Positions 13,548 to 25,252 of a stretch of 46,436 bases of DNA are shown one piece after another. The stretch is from Octopus bimaculoides (lineage: Eukaryota). The notes under the pieces are model-generated. The model searched no databases. It had not been told where the DNA came from and saw nothing but the letters and a program-made list of their open reading frames with translations. Both the position numbers and the translations under genes were made by a program. The stretch is taken from positions 62,628,592-62,675,027 of the forward strand of contig NC_068993.1 of the NCBI RefSeq assembly GCF_001194135.2. The letters run 5' to 3'. Position 1 is the first letter of the stretch. Each line of letters starts with the position of its first letter.

Positions 13548-14849
13548 CTGTATATGTTGTGAAATATTTTGTACAGTTCTTTGATAAGTCTTTAAATGGT
13601 TTGGTTTGGTTTGGTTGGGTGGAAAGGATTGAACCTATGAACTTTGGAGGTGTCCACCATAACCGAGAAGATTAATGCGGTTAACGTTACTAACACTTGT
13701 AAATGAACGACTGCAGGAGAAACTTGTTAAATGAGAAAATTCAATAGGGACAATGTTTTGGGGGGGATTAGTAGCTGAGAATGATATCTAACGCGGGTCC
13801 GAGGCGGAGCAGTGAACCAATATGGATGACTATCTACACATTACATTACCAGCAACAGGAGAAGCTATTTTAAATTGATTTAAAAATAAGATAAAAATCT
13901 TTAAACATTTTTAGTGCAATTAGCTTTGTTAAGCATGTGAACGGCTTGATGAAGCTAGAGAGAAACTTTACTCATACAACTGACGCCATGCTGGCTTAAA
14001 AATCAAAGCAGGGTAGAAAGATATCAATCTCTGCGCGTGCATGCTTGTGTGTGTGTTTGTTTGTCTGTGTTGAGAATATGAAGGAAAATGAACATCGTTA
14101 GTACTTTTCCTGGGTCAATATATCTCCAATTGAAAAACAAAAACGAAAAGAAACGTCGAAGATGAAATCTAATAAAAAATCTAAACAACCCTCCATTGAC
14201 GCAATCAAGTCAAACACAAATAAATTGATTAAACCGGAAAATGAGTTTTGTCAATATCTAAATATTAACGAAGTCATGTGCTTCAGTTAGGTTTCTTTGT
14301 TCTGTGCGGAGCTCATCGTCAGCACTTGCTCAAGGATCGAGCCTTGGTGTAAAATCACATTTACTCTCCGGTTGAGTAGTACACATGAGTGCCGAATATT
14401 CTGAGGTTTCCGAACTCCTTGGGGCTCTAACCCAACTAGAACCACATGCTCATGGAATCGATTAAAAATCTGAGAGTGATAAGGAACCTGTTGACCAGAA
14501 TGATAACAGGGGAGATAGACTTGACTTAGCTAATGAGAGGTTCGCTTTTATTTCTGTCAGCTATTTTATTTGTATTTTATGCATTACATCTAGATTCTTG
14601 TGACCGAATCGTCTTTGGTCGGATCTTTCTAGCGATTCAATCACTGGGTCACTGCATTTACAGTAAGGAAAGTAACAAGAAGCTGCCTGTGCAACTCGGG
14701 CGGAACAAATATCACAAGGATTTCCCGCCAAAGCACCAGGTAAGTTTCCTTTTTGCAAAAGTTGTGCGCATATATGCATGCGCGCGTGCGTGAGAGAGAG
14801 TGTGAGGTAATATTGTGTGTGCATGTATGTATACAATGAGCATATCTTT

Positions 14850-15090
14850 GGTTATGCGTTCAAGACGTTCGCCTGGCAACGACGTGTTTTGGGGTTCAGT
14901 GGCGTAGCACCTTGGTTAAATGCCTCCTGGTGTGGCCCCGAGCAGAGCAATGCCATGCGAGTGAAATTAGTCGGACGACATGAAATTCAGTGAAACATTA
15001 CTGTCTGGAAGAGCATCCGACAATGAAATCCTGCTTCAAATAATGTCCCGTTTAACCCATCTAGCATGAAACAAAATGGACATTAATAGA
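14850..15090 (+). mobile_element. Diverged tRNA-derived SINE related to family B
   Basis: ggggttcagtggcg..caccttggttaaatgcct head, and a tail ending ctagcatgaaacaaaatggacatta. Confidence 0.5.
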
Positions 15091-16334
15091 ACGAATGAGT
15101 ATATATGTGCGTGGTCTGCTTCCACACAGTTTCCATGTACCAAACAGCACTCGCAATACATGTCAGAACATAATTGCTCATCGTTCCACTGTTTATTACA
15201 CCAGTACATATAATCGATGTGCCCGCCAGGGAAACTATTAATGGTCATTCGACCAGCTAGAAATACCAAACGAAATTTTGATCAACTCAGTACCCAACAC
15301 TCAGGAGTGACGTGACAGCAACTAAAGACAGATTCCATTTTACTTATGTATCGTTTCATTCCGTAATTTGTTTCGTTTTATGGACTACGGCGACACGGAC
15401 CTTAACGATGTAATCATTTACATGAAATTTAATGATTGACCGGTATTTATTTCATCGACCTCATCTCACTAAAAGCAAAGTTGACACGAGCTGTATGTGA
15501 ACTCTTGTCTCTGCATATATGTTTCCATCAGCTAAATCACGAATCTACGAGGAAGCCTTTGCGTTGTTGTTCAACCTACAAAAGAGACAGTGATCGAATA
15601 TACCTCAAATCCAACTGTACGTGTCAAAAATCACAAAGCACACTAGATAAAGTAATTCTAGATCGAGCGTGTCTGCTCCATCAGGGATGACCTGGGGTTA
15701 AACAACAACATACGCAATAATGGATTATTTCTCACTGTTGTGTAATGTATAATTAACTTGTATTAGTTCTGACTTAAAACCAGTTGCTCCATGTTTACTT
15801 TATTTCGTCTAGGTTTGTCTTCATAATCGAATATTATCATTAAAATTCGATGATGCTGGCTGTGGCGGTGTTGGTTGTGGTGGTGACGGTTGTAGTGGTG
15901 GTGGCGGTTGTAGTGGTGGTGGTAGTGGTAGTGGTGGTGGTGGCAATCAGCTGGTGGTCGATGGCGATGGAATTAAAGAAAATTCTCGAATCTAGCATAT
16001 CTAACTATAGTGCGTCAGACGTAAAGAAATCGAAAGAAACAGAGAAAGTAAGAGGGAAAAAAAAACGAAAAAGAAGCAACAAACACAGAGATTAAGAGTC
16101 TTATTGATGAAACAAGGAAAATTATAGATGAAGGTTTAGACACAGAAAATTGGTGAGATAAAATGGGAAGCGATAAGGATGGAAGCGGAGTGAGTAAATT
16201 GGCTGAGAGTAAGAGACAGAGAGAACGAGGAGTAGTGGGGGGGGGAAGAGGTGTGTGTGTGTGTGTGTGTGAAGATTAGAGGTGGAGGAGTGGAGAAAGA
16301 TAAAACAGGGAGATGAAGGGGGAACGAAAGAGAA

Positions 16335-16354
16335 AGGGTTAGGGTTAGGGTTAG
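16335..16354 (+). repeat. Short interstitial (TTAGGG)n tract
   Basis: agggttagggttagggttag, about 3.3 units. Confidence 0.8.
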
Positions 16355-16439
16355 TTTGATTGGACAATCAAAAAGAAAGATAAATACAGCGTAAGAGGGT
16401 GGAGATACGAAAGTAACAGAGAATGATGGTGTGAGAGAG

Positions 16440-16650
16440 AGGGGGATAGAGAGAGATTGAGGGGAGAGGGAGAGAGATTGAGGGGAGAAGGAGAGAGATC
16501 GAGGGGAGAGGGAGAGAGATTGAGGGGAGAGGGAGAGAGANNNNNNNNNNGGAGAGAGATCGAGGGGAGAGGGAGAGAGATTGAGGGGAGAGGGAGAGAG
16601 AGAGAGATTGAGGGGAGAGGGAGAGAGATCGAGGGGAGAGGGAGAGAGAG
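16440..16650. repeat. Purine-rich minisatellite with a unit of about 21 bp, GAGAGAGAT(T/C)GAGGGGAGAGG
   Basis: Multiple tandem units, interrupted by a 10-N gap. Confidence 0.9.
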
Positions 16651-17649
16651 GGAAACAAACAGGCAGCAGAGAGACGGAGAAAAGGGTGGAAGAAAGAAAG
16701 AAAGAAAGAAAGAAAAAAGATGGCTTCTTGCATTAACGATATCGAGATAATTGTAGGGCGACAGAGAGAATGAGAAATTAAGAGAATGAGTGTGAAGGAG
16801 ATGCTGAATAAAGGAAGCTAAATAAGTGAGAGGGAAGATGTGTTAGTAAGAGAAAGAGAGAGAGAGGATAAAAGAATATCTAGAGAAAGAGTGTGATGGA
16901 GAGAGAGGGGAGAGAGATCCGAGAAACAAACTGAGTGAGAAGTGTTGGTAGGGAGAGGAGTAATAGTTTTAGACTGATAGAATGTGTTGGAAAATGAGGG
17001 AGAAGGAGATAATGGGGGAAGAGGAGAGAAGGAGAGATAAAGCAAAGAGTTACAGAAAGGCAGAAGTATATGAACGAGAAAGAAAGGGAGAGAGTGAGAG
17101 AGGGTGGATTTTACATGGTTATGAGAGGAAGAGAGAGAGAGAGGGAGTGAGCAAAACGAAATGATAAAGAGAGAGAGAGAGGTGAGAGAGATGTTATTAT
17201 AGTTATTCTTTTATGTCCATTGGCATTCAAGTTGAACTAAAAACAAAAAAAAAACTCTGACAAAAATCACTCAATAATATTGATTAATGAAATCGATGGT
17301 CGATTGTTTAATGTTTTACATGAAACACTGACCGAATCAATGAAGCAACTGCAACCTGTTTGTAAAAGTGTCACATCGTTAGAAGAAAATCACACATCGT
17401 TAAGGGAGATGTTTGACGGTGGGGAAGGTGAATAACATGACCAAAACAACTACACTAACATGTATTCGTGGATAATAACAAAAACAAAAAAAAATCACGA
17501 AAAAGATCGTCGATATAACTACAGGAACAGCAACTGCAATGATAATAAAACTAATACCAACGGTAATCATGTCTTTATTTGCCACAAGAGCAATAGATAA
17601 GAGTACATTACAAGAATGAATTAGAGAAAACTGAATAATAATAATAATA

Positions 17650-17834
17650 ACATCGGAAATATACTTTAGGAATGAGAACCCAGGTTCAAAATCTCCCCAA
17701 GACACCTGAAGAAGGCTGGAGGGTATATCAGCCGAAACGTTGTGTTAACAACAAACATGATGAGGACAAATATCCGTTAATTGTAAATAATGTAAATAAT
17801 GTACATAATTCCTCATCTCTTAAATATAGAACTG
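17650..17834 (+). mobile_element. Penelope-like element terminal repeat (pLTR) fragment, copy 1
   Basis: Contains the hammerhead motif, is flanked by (AAT)n, and matches the inverted copy at 17914-18053. Minimal hammerheads in terminal repeats are an established feature of Penelope-like elements. Confidence 0.6.
17701..17746 (+). ncRNA. Minimal type-I hammerhead ribozyme motif in a Penelope-like terminal repeat
   Basis: GACAC-CUGAAGA-A-GGCUG(GAGGGUAUAU)CAGCC-GAA-ACGU-U-GUGUU. Stem I is 5 bp, the core is CUGANGA plus an extra A, stem II is 5 bp, stem III is the palindrome ACGU, and the predicted GUU cleavage is after 17741. Confidence 0.75.
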
Positions 17835-17849
17835 ACTAACAATAATAAT

Positions 17850-17913
<64 letters not shown>

Positions 17914-17914
<1 letters not shown>

Positions 17915-18053
17915 TTACATTATTTACATTTGACGGATATTTGTCCTCATTTTTGTTTGTTGTTAACACAACCTTTCGGCTGATATATCCTCCAGCCTTC
18001 ATCTTGGAGAAATTTCGAACCTGGGTTTTTATTCCTAAGGTATTTTTCGATGT
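17914..18053 (-). mobile_element. Penelope-like element terminal repeat fragment, inverted copy 2 (ribozyme disrupted)
   Basis: Reverse complement aligns with 17650-17800. It has lost 7 nt (GACACCT) from stem I and the core, and has GAAAC changed to GAAAG. Confidence 0.6.
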
Positions 18054-18058
18054 TGTTG

Positions 18059-18096
<38 letters not shown>

Positions 18097-18103
<7 letters not shown>

Positions 18104-18151
18104 TCACTGCCTGGAATCGAACTCGGAATCTTGAGGATAGTAGCCTGCGCT
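18097..18151 (-). mobile_element. Short tRNA-like SINE head embedded in (AAT)n
   Basis: Reverse complement gagcgcaggctactatcctcaagattccgagttcgattccaggcagtgacctgaataataat has a B box followed directly by an AAT tail. Confidence 0.55.
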
Positions 18152-18184
18152 CTAATAATAATAATTATGATAATAATAATAATG

Positions 18185-18235
<51 letters not shown>

Positions 18236-18265
18236 CTTATATATATATATATATGTATATAGTGT

Positions 18266-18546
18266 GTGTTTGGCTTATACACCAAATTTACTGCGGGATA
18301 GAGCTAAGGAATGTTCCTCACACGACGCCGAGTGTTCCACAAGAACGCCTGGATGTCAGAGACCAGGCGAGACAGCTTGCCTCGGAATCACCGGGAATGG
18401 TAGATACCGATATTTCGCCATTGTCATGCCTTGTCATAAACTCGGATCATCAGGAAAAGCGAATCGCTGGTCTGTGAATTATATGCAAATACCATGAACT
18501 TTTCTTGGTGGTATCGCGCAGCAAATTCGGCGTATAAACAAAACAC
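18266..18546. mobile_element. MITE-like element with 35-bp imperfect terminal inverted repeats
   Basis: gtgtttggcttatacaccaaatttactgcgggata (18266-18300) versus the reverse complement of 18512-18546 match at 29 of 35 positions. The interior is GC-rich and the element lies between (TA)n and (TATG)n tracts. Confidence 0.65.
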
Positions 18547-19016
18547 ATACATTATGTATGTACGACCGATAATGTTTGCATTACAAAAGACGTGTGTGTA
18601 TGTATGTATGTATGTATGTATGTATATATGTATGTATAATCAGTATTTGTCATTATGTCTGTCTGGTGTCTCTAACCGATGTGGCTAATAACACCGACTG
18701 AGGCTACAATACCAACACGGAAATATCAGCCGTCAAAACTCTATGTCCATTTCTTCTGTCTATTAATAATATTCTGTTGAAGACGAAATATTACCTTAAG
18801 TCCATAGCAACAACTAAATCACATTGAAGCGTTAGTAGGTTCTCTTTTATTAATATTGTTCGTTCATCCAGCGAGAAATATTAGCAGTTTTATAGAAAAC
18901 TAAACCAGTTAATAGTCATGCCCACTACACTAGAGTAAATAACCAAATATTCACTATTCACACTCATATTTATTATTCATACGTGAAGCTACACACTCTA
19001 CAAGCACAGAGAGAGA

Positions 19017-19071
<55 letters not shown>

Positions 19072-19197
19072 NNNNNNNNNNNNNNNNNNNNNNNNNNNNN
19101 NNNNNNNNNNNNNNNNNNNNNNNNNNNNNNNNNNNNNNNNNNNNNNNNNNNNNNNNNNNNNNNNNNNNNNNNNNNNNNNNNNNNNNNNNNNNNNNNN

Positions 19198-19245
<48 letters not shown>

Positions 19246-20012
19246 TATATATATAATATGAATTCCAGTCGTCGACGACAATTGCTGGTTCTGTAACGTC
19301 TCGCTGGGTTACCTCAACAGATGATTTCGTTATAGTTGTCAAATGTTAGTGCTGTAGGTAAAAGCACTGCCTCCATGAAATCGAGACATTACCCGTGCAG
19401 ATGTCGCAACGATCGTAATGTATTACAAGTGTATGTGTATATATGCGTGTTCCATCACCATCGGAACCAAAACCGTCGAAGCTACCAGATGAGAAAAGGA
19501 AAAGAAACCAAACGACAGGAGAGGAAGTCTCGTCAAAATCAACCCCATCCTCCACCAACATTACTATGCAGACGATGCCCTCCACTCTTCTATGCAAGAA
19601 TTGATCTACAGAGTCTTCAACGCAATTACCAAAAAGGAAGCCTTCAGCAAAGAAGAAATTAAATTCTCGGATACGAGAGAAAACCGACGACGACGATCAT
19701 ATTATGGGACAATAAATTATGCAAAAACATAAAAGGGAAGCAATAAATAGTGTTGAGTTTTATCCTGTTGACCACCAGTTGAAATTTTGTCTAATCGTTA
19801 CACCGAGTTTCACGCTTCCGATTTTCGCACGGCATATTTTGAAGAAAATACCACCAATATATATGGCGTCTTCCATAGAAACCCGTGAAAATCTTGAATA
19901 AAAATGGATACAGGAGTTGGGAAGTGATCATATTCCAGTGTTTGATATATAATCTGTTAAATGTATATGTTTCACACTTTATTGCCATTATGCACATCTT
20001 TTTTCTTTCATC

Positions 20013-20200
20013 ATTTACTTGTTTCAGTCATTGGACTACGGCCATGCTGGAACAGTATTTATTCTTTTTTAAAGTCTTGTATTTATTCTGTGTCGGTCTC
20101 TTTCACCGAACTACTAATGTACGGAGACGTAAATAACCCAACACCGGTTTGTCAAGCAGTGGAAGATAAACACGACTACAAAGACAAACAAAAACACATG
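20013..20200 (-). mobile_element. SINE family B, 3' half
   Basis: gtttcagtcattggactacggccatgctggaac..ttctgtgtcggtctctttcaccgaactactaa matches 13270-13380 and 38566-38760. Confidence 0.75.
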
Positions 20201-20334
20201 CAATGGAGTCTGGCGGCGCAGACGGAGAATGAGCGTTCAACTTTTGCCGAATGCGCCTTACACAAATGATTCGTTTGTAAGAGATCGAATCTGTGTGCCG
20301 CACATTAGCTCACCTGTTCCTCCACCAAATTGAC

Positions 20335-20497
20335 GTTGCCTGAACAGGGACACAGGTGTACCACATGTCAAGGGTTGAAGTGATCGTAAAGCAAAACGTG
20401 AGATGAAGTGTTTTGCTTAAGAATACAACGAACCATCCAGTCTAGGAATTGAAACCACGATCTCACGATTGTGAGTTCAACACCCAAACCACTAGAC
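20335..20497 (-). mobile_element. SINE family C variant
   Basis: gtgttttgcttaagaatacaacg..ggaattgaaaccacgatctcacgattgtgagttcaacacccaaaccactag matches the family. Confidence 0.75.
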
Positions 20498-20511
20498 AAT
20501 ACACTCTTACA

Positions 20512-20564
<53 letters not shown>

Positions 20565-20720
20565 ATATATGGGTTTCCCCACAGTTTTCGTCAACTAAAT
20601 TCACGTTCCAAAATCGCACACAAAGCATTGATCGACCCAGGACTATATTCAAAGACAATTACACAAAGCACCATGCAGTGGATCAGAACCCGAAATCACG
20701 TGGCTGCAAAGGGAGCCACG
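20565..20720 (-). mobile_element. SINE family B, diverged 5' half
   Basis: cacagttttcgtcaactaaattcac..gactatattcaaagac..atgcagtggatcagaacccgaaatcacgtggctgc is similar to 7961-8114. Confidence 0.6.
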
Positions 20721-21316
20721 TGGTTTGAACCTTACTATAAACATATTATGTGATATGTAATAAATCTTCGTGAAAAAGTATAAACTTTTAAAAGTGTCAA
20801 TTTGTAAAAAAATTCATTAAAAAAAATTAAAATTGATAAAATTAAGAAAATGTGTCATTATTCATAATCGTTCATTTACTTATTTACTTTTCTTCGTGTA
20901 TTCAAACACACGCATTCCCACGCACAAGTACACATGTCCACATACCCACAAGCACACACAATACACCCACGGCAACATCCAAACTTCTGCACAAATATTA
21001 ATACATTTCATTGCATGAGCAGATGCATGATACATAAAACCCGTTCGAATGAAAGACTGATAGAGAAATGCATATTAAAAGCATAAAAGGGTGATATAAG
21101 TTGCATTAAGGTGATGGAGCAACGAAAGTGGGCGTTATAGGCAATGGGGGAAGGATGAAAGGAAATAGATGACGAATCTTAAAAGGGTTACATGGGACAT
21201 TTTGCAAGAATCTTTATGTGGCGAAAAAATATATGCAAACAAATAGGATAAAAATATGATTTAAAATTTTGTATCTATAAGTTCCTAAATATATATTATA
21301 TATGTATATATATATA

Positions 21317-21384
<68 letters not shown>

Positions 21385-22051
21385 CACAGTTGTAAAATAT
21401 ATAATTTTAAGATAAAGTAAAAGAAATTGTAACTTTTTAAAGGTTGAAAAGAAAATTAATTTTAAAATGATGCAGATAAAAAAAGTAAAATAGATTATGA
21501 ATAAATGTAAAATGGAGTGAAAGGAACTGGCGTTAATAGAACATGGATCTGGTAAGCAAAAACAGTACGAAGTAAATTAATGTGCTGCTGCTTGAAATGC
21601 TACGCAGTGCAACCGAAATGGTAAGAATTCTTTAGAAAGAAGGTTCAAAAATTATCAAAGATAATAGTTCTCTTCAGTCAAAAACAAAAATGGCATATCG
21701 TATTTTTCAACACACATGTCAAATTTCTGAGACAAAAAATCACCGCCAAAAATTGTAGATTGACTTCGACATCACGATGGCTTTTGAGCCAAAGTGTGCC
21801 AAAATACCGTTTCCCTTGGTATAATAAGCTGTAACCTACTTTATTTTCGTGCATACAAGTCAAAGTAGTGTACCAATGTAGTGTACCATGTTCTAATGCC
21901 GTTACCTTTCCAAATCGTGCAGTATTTCATATAGAATTTTCCGCTTCTTCACTCAGTGAAAGTGGAGCTCTCCTCGCAACATCCAGAGATTCAACAAGAA
22001 CAACTGCTTTAGAAAATTACTATTTGTAAATCTCACAACGAGAGATATTCA

Positions 22052-22256
22052 GCAATAGTATTTTGGAGTAAAGATTGTTTGCCAACATAACATGGCAGTC
22101 CTGGTTTAAGACGAATGTTGCTGTAATTTAGCCCCAGGAGACATCGTCTCTAGATGGCTATACGAGGTCTCCTGGGGATAAATTACAGCAACATTCGTCC
22201 TAAACCAGGACTGCCATGTTATGTTGGCAAATAATGTTTACTTCAAGAACTACTGC
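22052..22256. repeat. Palindromic element of about 205 bp (long hairpin)
   Basis: Core arms 22078-22142 and 22167-22231 match at 63 of 65 positions around a 24-nt loop. Degenerate pairing extends about 26 nt further on each side. Confidence 0.9.
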
Positions 22257-22262
22257 GTCATC

Positions 22263-22478
22263 AAGGCGGCGAGCCGGCAGAAACGTTAGCACGCCGGGCG
22301 AAATGCTTAGCGGTAGTTCGTCTGTTTTTACGCTCTGAGTTCAAATTCCGCCGAGGTCGACTTTGCCTTTCAACCTTTCGGGTCGATAAGTTGAGTACCA
22401 GTTGCGTACTGGGTCTATCTAATCAACTATCCCTCTCCACCAAAATTTCAGGCCTTGTGCCCGGGGTAGAAAAGAAAA
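22263..22478 (+). mobile_element. SINE family A copy
   Basis: Full head-to-tail match to the other copies. It sits between the palindrome and the RTE fragment. Confidence 0.9.
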
Positions 22479-22484
22479 GACTAA

Positions 22485-22862
22485 CTCCGTCATCAGCAAA
22501 AGCCAGGTCTGTAATTCTAGTTTCACTAATGAGTGCCACGCGACTTCATTGAGCTTAGCTCTTTGTGTACTTATCGAACAGAAGTGGAGCTTTCGGCAGG
22601 GTCGGCTTGCAGCTTATGTCGACCTCTTCAAGTCATTTGACATGGTCAACAAGGATGTGCTTTGAAGGATTCTATTACTTCGTGGTGTACATCCTCAACT
22701 GATTTTCTGGCTAATAGTCTCTTACACTGGAACAATCAGTTCGGTTCAGAATGGGGGGCTCAACATTTGATTTTTACCCAGTTTGATATGGGATTCGTCA
22801 AGGATGGATCTTGGCTCCCGCTCTCTTCAATGCCTACATGGATTGGAATTTGATTAGGTTCC
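22485..22862 (+). mobile_element. RTE-clade LINE reverse transcriptase fragment (domains 2-4)
   Basis: One frame reads LALCVLIEQKWSFRQGRLAAYVDLFKSFDMVNKDVL*RILLLRGVH...YGIRQGWILAPALFNAYMDW, matching the YVDLxKAFD and GVRQGCVLAP motifs. It has two in-frame stops. Confidence 0.85.
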
Positions 22863-23092
22863 TGTCAAATATTTTGGTTTACCTGTAGCATGGAGGAGAA
22901 CGTTATGAGTCTGGCTTAAGGAATTCTCTGGCTACATTGGCATTAGCAGGATTCAGAACAAAATTATACCATAGAACGGTCTGTTATGTCAACATAGCAC
23001 TTACAAGCAATTGCTCTATTATGTCATTAGCTCTCCAATCGCTACACTTATCTTCTCCACACTCCATCCTACTCATTCTCCACTCTTAGATA

Positions 23093-23145
<53 letters not shown>

Positions 23146-23337
23146 TTCATACGTAACTTTTCAAATAATATATCTCTCCCTCTTATACACACATATAGAT
23201 ATCACACACAACCTTCCGCATATATAATTTTCTACTTTCATGCTCACAGCTACGTACACACACACGCGCGCGCGCGCGCGCAAACTCTCTTATAACTCAT
23301 CCACCCAACGCGCTAGCCTCCGCTAGAATCCACTTAC

Positions 23338-23367
23338 GCCTACTTTCATTTTGTCATTATTCGCCAT
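23338..23367 (-). CDS. Candidate first coding exon MANNDKMKVG (phase 0)
   Basis: gcgtcATGG start context, 10 codons, donor GGC|GTAAGT. It is preceded by an A-rich UTR-like tract and an ATTGG (CCAAT box) near 23610. Product not recognised. Confidence 0.45.
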
Positions 23368-25102
23368 GACGCTGCTTCCTTACACAAACGTAGGTTCTTT
23401 TCCTTCGTTTTGTTTGTTTGTTTGGTTTTTTTTCTTGTTTTTCCTACATACACTCCCCACGTATTCTCTTTTATCTCTCATAACAAACTGACCGAAACGT
23501 CGATATTTCTTCTTTTCCTTTAAATCTAACACGCCGAATTTTTAATTTTTTCTTTTTTTCACCTGTTGTTCTTGCTCGTCAGTAGCTTTCTGCAAAGCTG
23601 TATCACGCTAACGCCAATCAAACCCACATTACAGAGAGAGGGGGGAGGGGAGAGAAAGAAAGAGAGGGACAGGCAGAGAGAAAGAGAGAGAGGGGGAGAA
23701 AATAGAGGGAAGGAGGAAGAGAGAGAGAACTATACATTATATGCATATATATATACACACACACCTCTTTCTATATGTATGTGTGTGTGTGTCTTTAAAT
23801 ACATAATACATCTACAATATCATCAGAATTATCTAACGCTTAACTCACATATTTATTCGAGTGTGAAACACTGGGTAAGGTCTGGACTGAGATTCCACTA
23901 TCTGTTTTCAAATAAATGTATTTCGGTAAGTCTCTGATGACAATGATGATGATGACGTTGATGATGAATATGATGATGAGGAGGAGGATGATGATGGTGA
24001 TGATGATGATGATGATATTTTTAGGAAAATATTTTCCTAAAACTAGCCACAAGCAGCGTCCCAGTCCTACGACAAATACTAAATAACTGAACCAGCGAGA
24101 ACAACAGCTACAACAATATCATTAACAATAAATAACATATGTGGACAACAACAACAACAACAACAACAACAACATCAACTGCAACAATGAACGTGATAAA
24201 AGCATGGCATCCGGAGCGACTGGAGTGAGCAAAACCAGCCACGGCAACAACTACAACAACAACAACATATATTACAAATACAACTACTTCTTCATAGAAA
24301 CAACAACAACAACAACAACAACGGTAGCAACAGCAGCAAAATACAGGGTTATTAGTTTGTGATTACATTTACTTTATTTGCGGTTCCGTTGAAGAAAATC
24401 TAATAACTAAAGATGTCTTTCCAAGAAGTCTTCCAACAGAGACTGCTTCGGGCAGCGTCGTTCGATCACATTCCATACACAAATTAAATTCATACGGAAT
24501 AAATAAACACTGCATCATTTTTCCACAGCCGTCGTCGCCAATACCACCACCACCACCACCACCATCGTCATCATCATCATCATCATTATCATTAACAACA
24601 GCAGCAACGACGCTGACGACAACATCATCTACAAGCAACATTTTCATCCCCCGTTGTCTTGGTTATCATCATAAAGTACCATCATAGCTGTTGTCGTGGA
24701 CATCGCCCTCGGTGCACCCATCATCGTGTTCATCGATATCCTTATTTTGTTGCAATTGTTTTTTATTAATTTTTATGATATTTTAGTCCTGCATCTGAGA
24801 CTTTTTTTTTGTTTTAGTTTTTCCTAGTTGAAGGTCCTTCTCTTTTCATATTTAATGGCAAATGGAATCATTTTGCGTCGCATTTTGTGTAATGCATTCT
24901 AAACACTATCATCTGTTTTCCCTGTCCCTTCTCAGACTTCACCAGTTGAAAATATTATAATTGTCACCCATTACTGGAACTGTTAGTCATGCCAGCTTAT
25001 CCCGTACATTGTACTCTGATGTATCTAATGTGTCTATGAAATTGCTTTCAGGTTTTGATACAAGGTTGGCAATTACAAGAAAGCGGACCAAGTCCATTGC
25101 AT

Positions 25103-25252
25103 CAACCCCAATGTTCAACTGGCACCTATTTTATCGACCCCGAAAGGATAAAAGGCAAAATCAACCTAACTAGAATTTGAATTCAGAGTGTATAGACGGA
25201 CGAAATTCCGCCAAGCCTTTTCCCGCTGTGCAAACGATTCTGTCTGCTCGCT
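25103..25252 (-). mobile_element. SINE family A copy (diverged)
   Basis: atcgaccccgaaaggataaaaggcaaaatc..gaatttgaattcagag matches the family. Confidence 0.8.

Noticed and set aside
15850-16095. Hydrophobic ORF MMLAVAVLVVVV..
   Set aside because: Translation of a (GTG/GTA)n simple repeat.
20314-20339. 26-nt minus-strand micro-exon (ccctgttcag| ... CAG|GTGAGC)
   Set aside because: The acceptor lies in a SINE tail; cannot be supported without transcript data.
21905-22000. Minus-strand exon-like segment
   Set aside because: Stops in all three frames.
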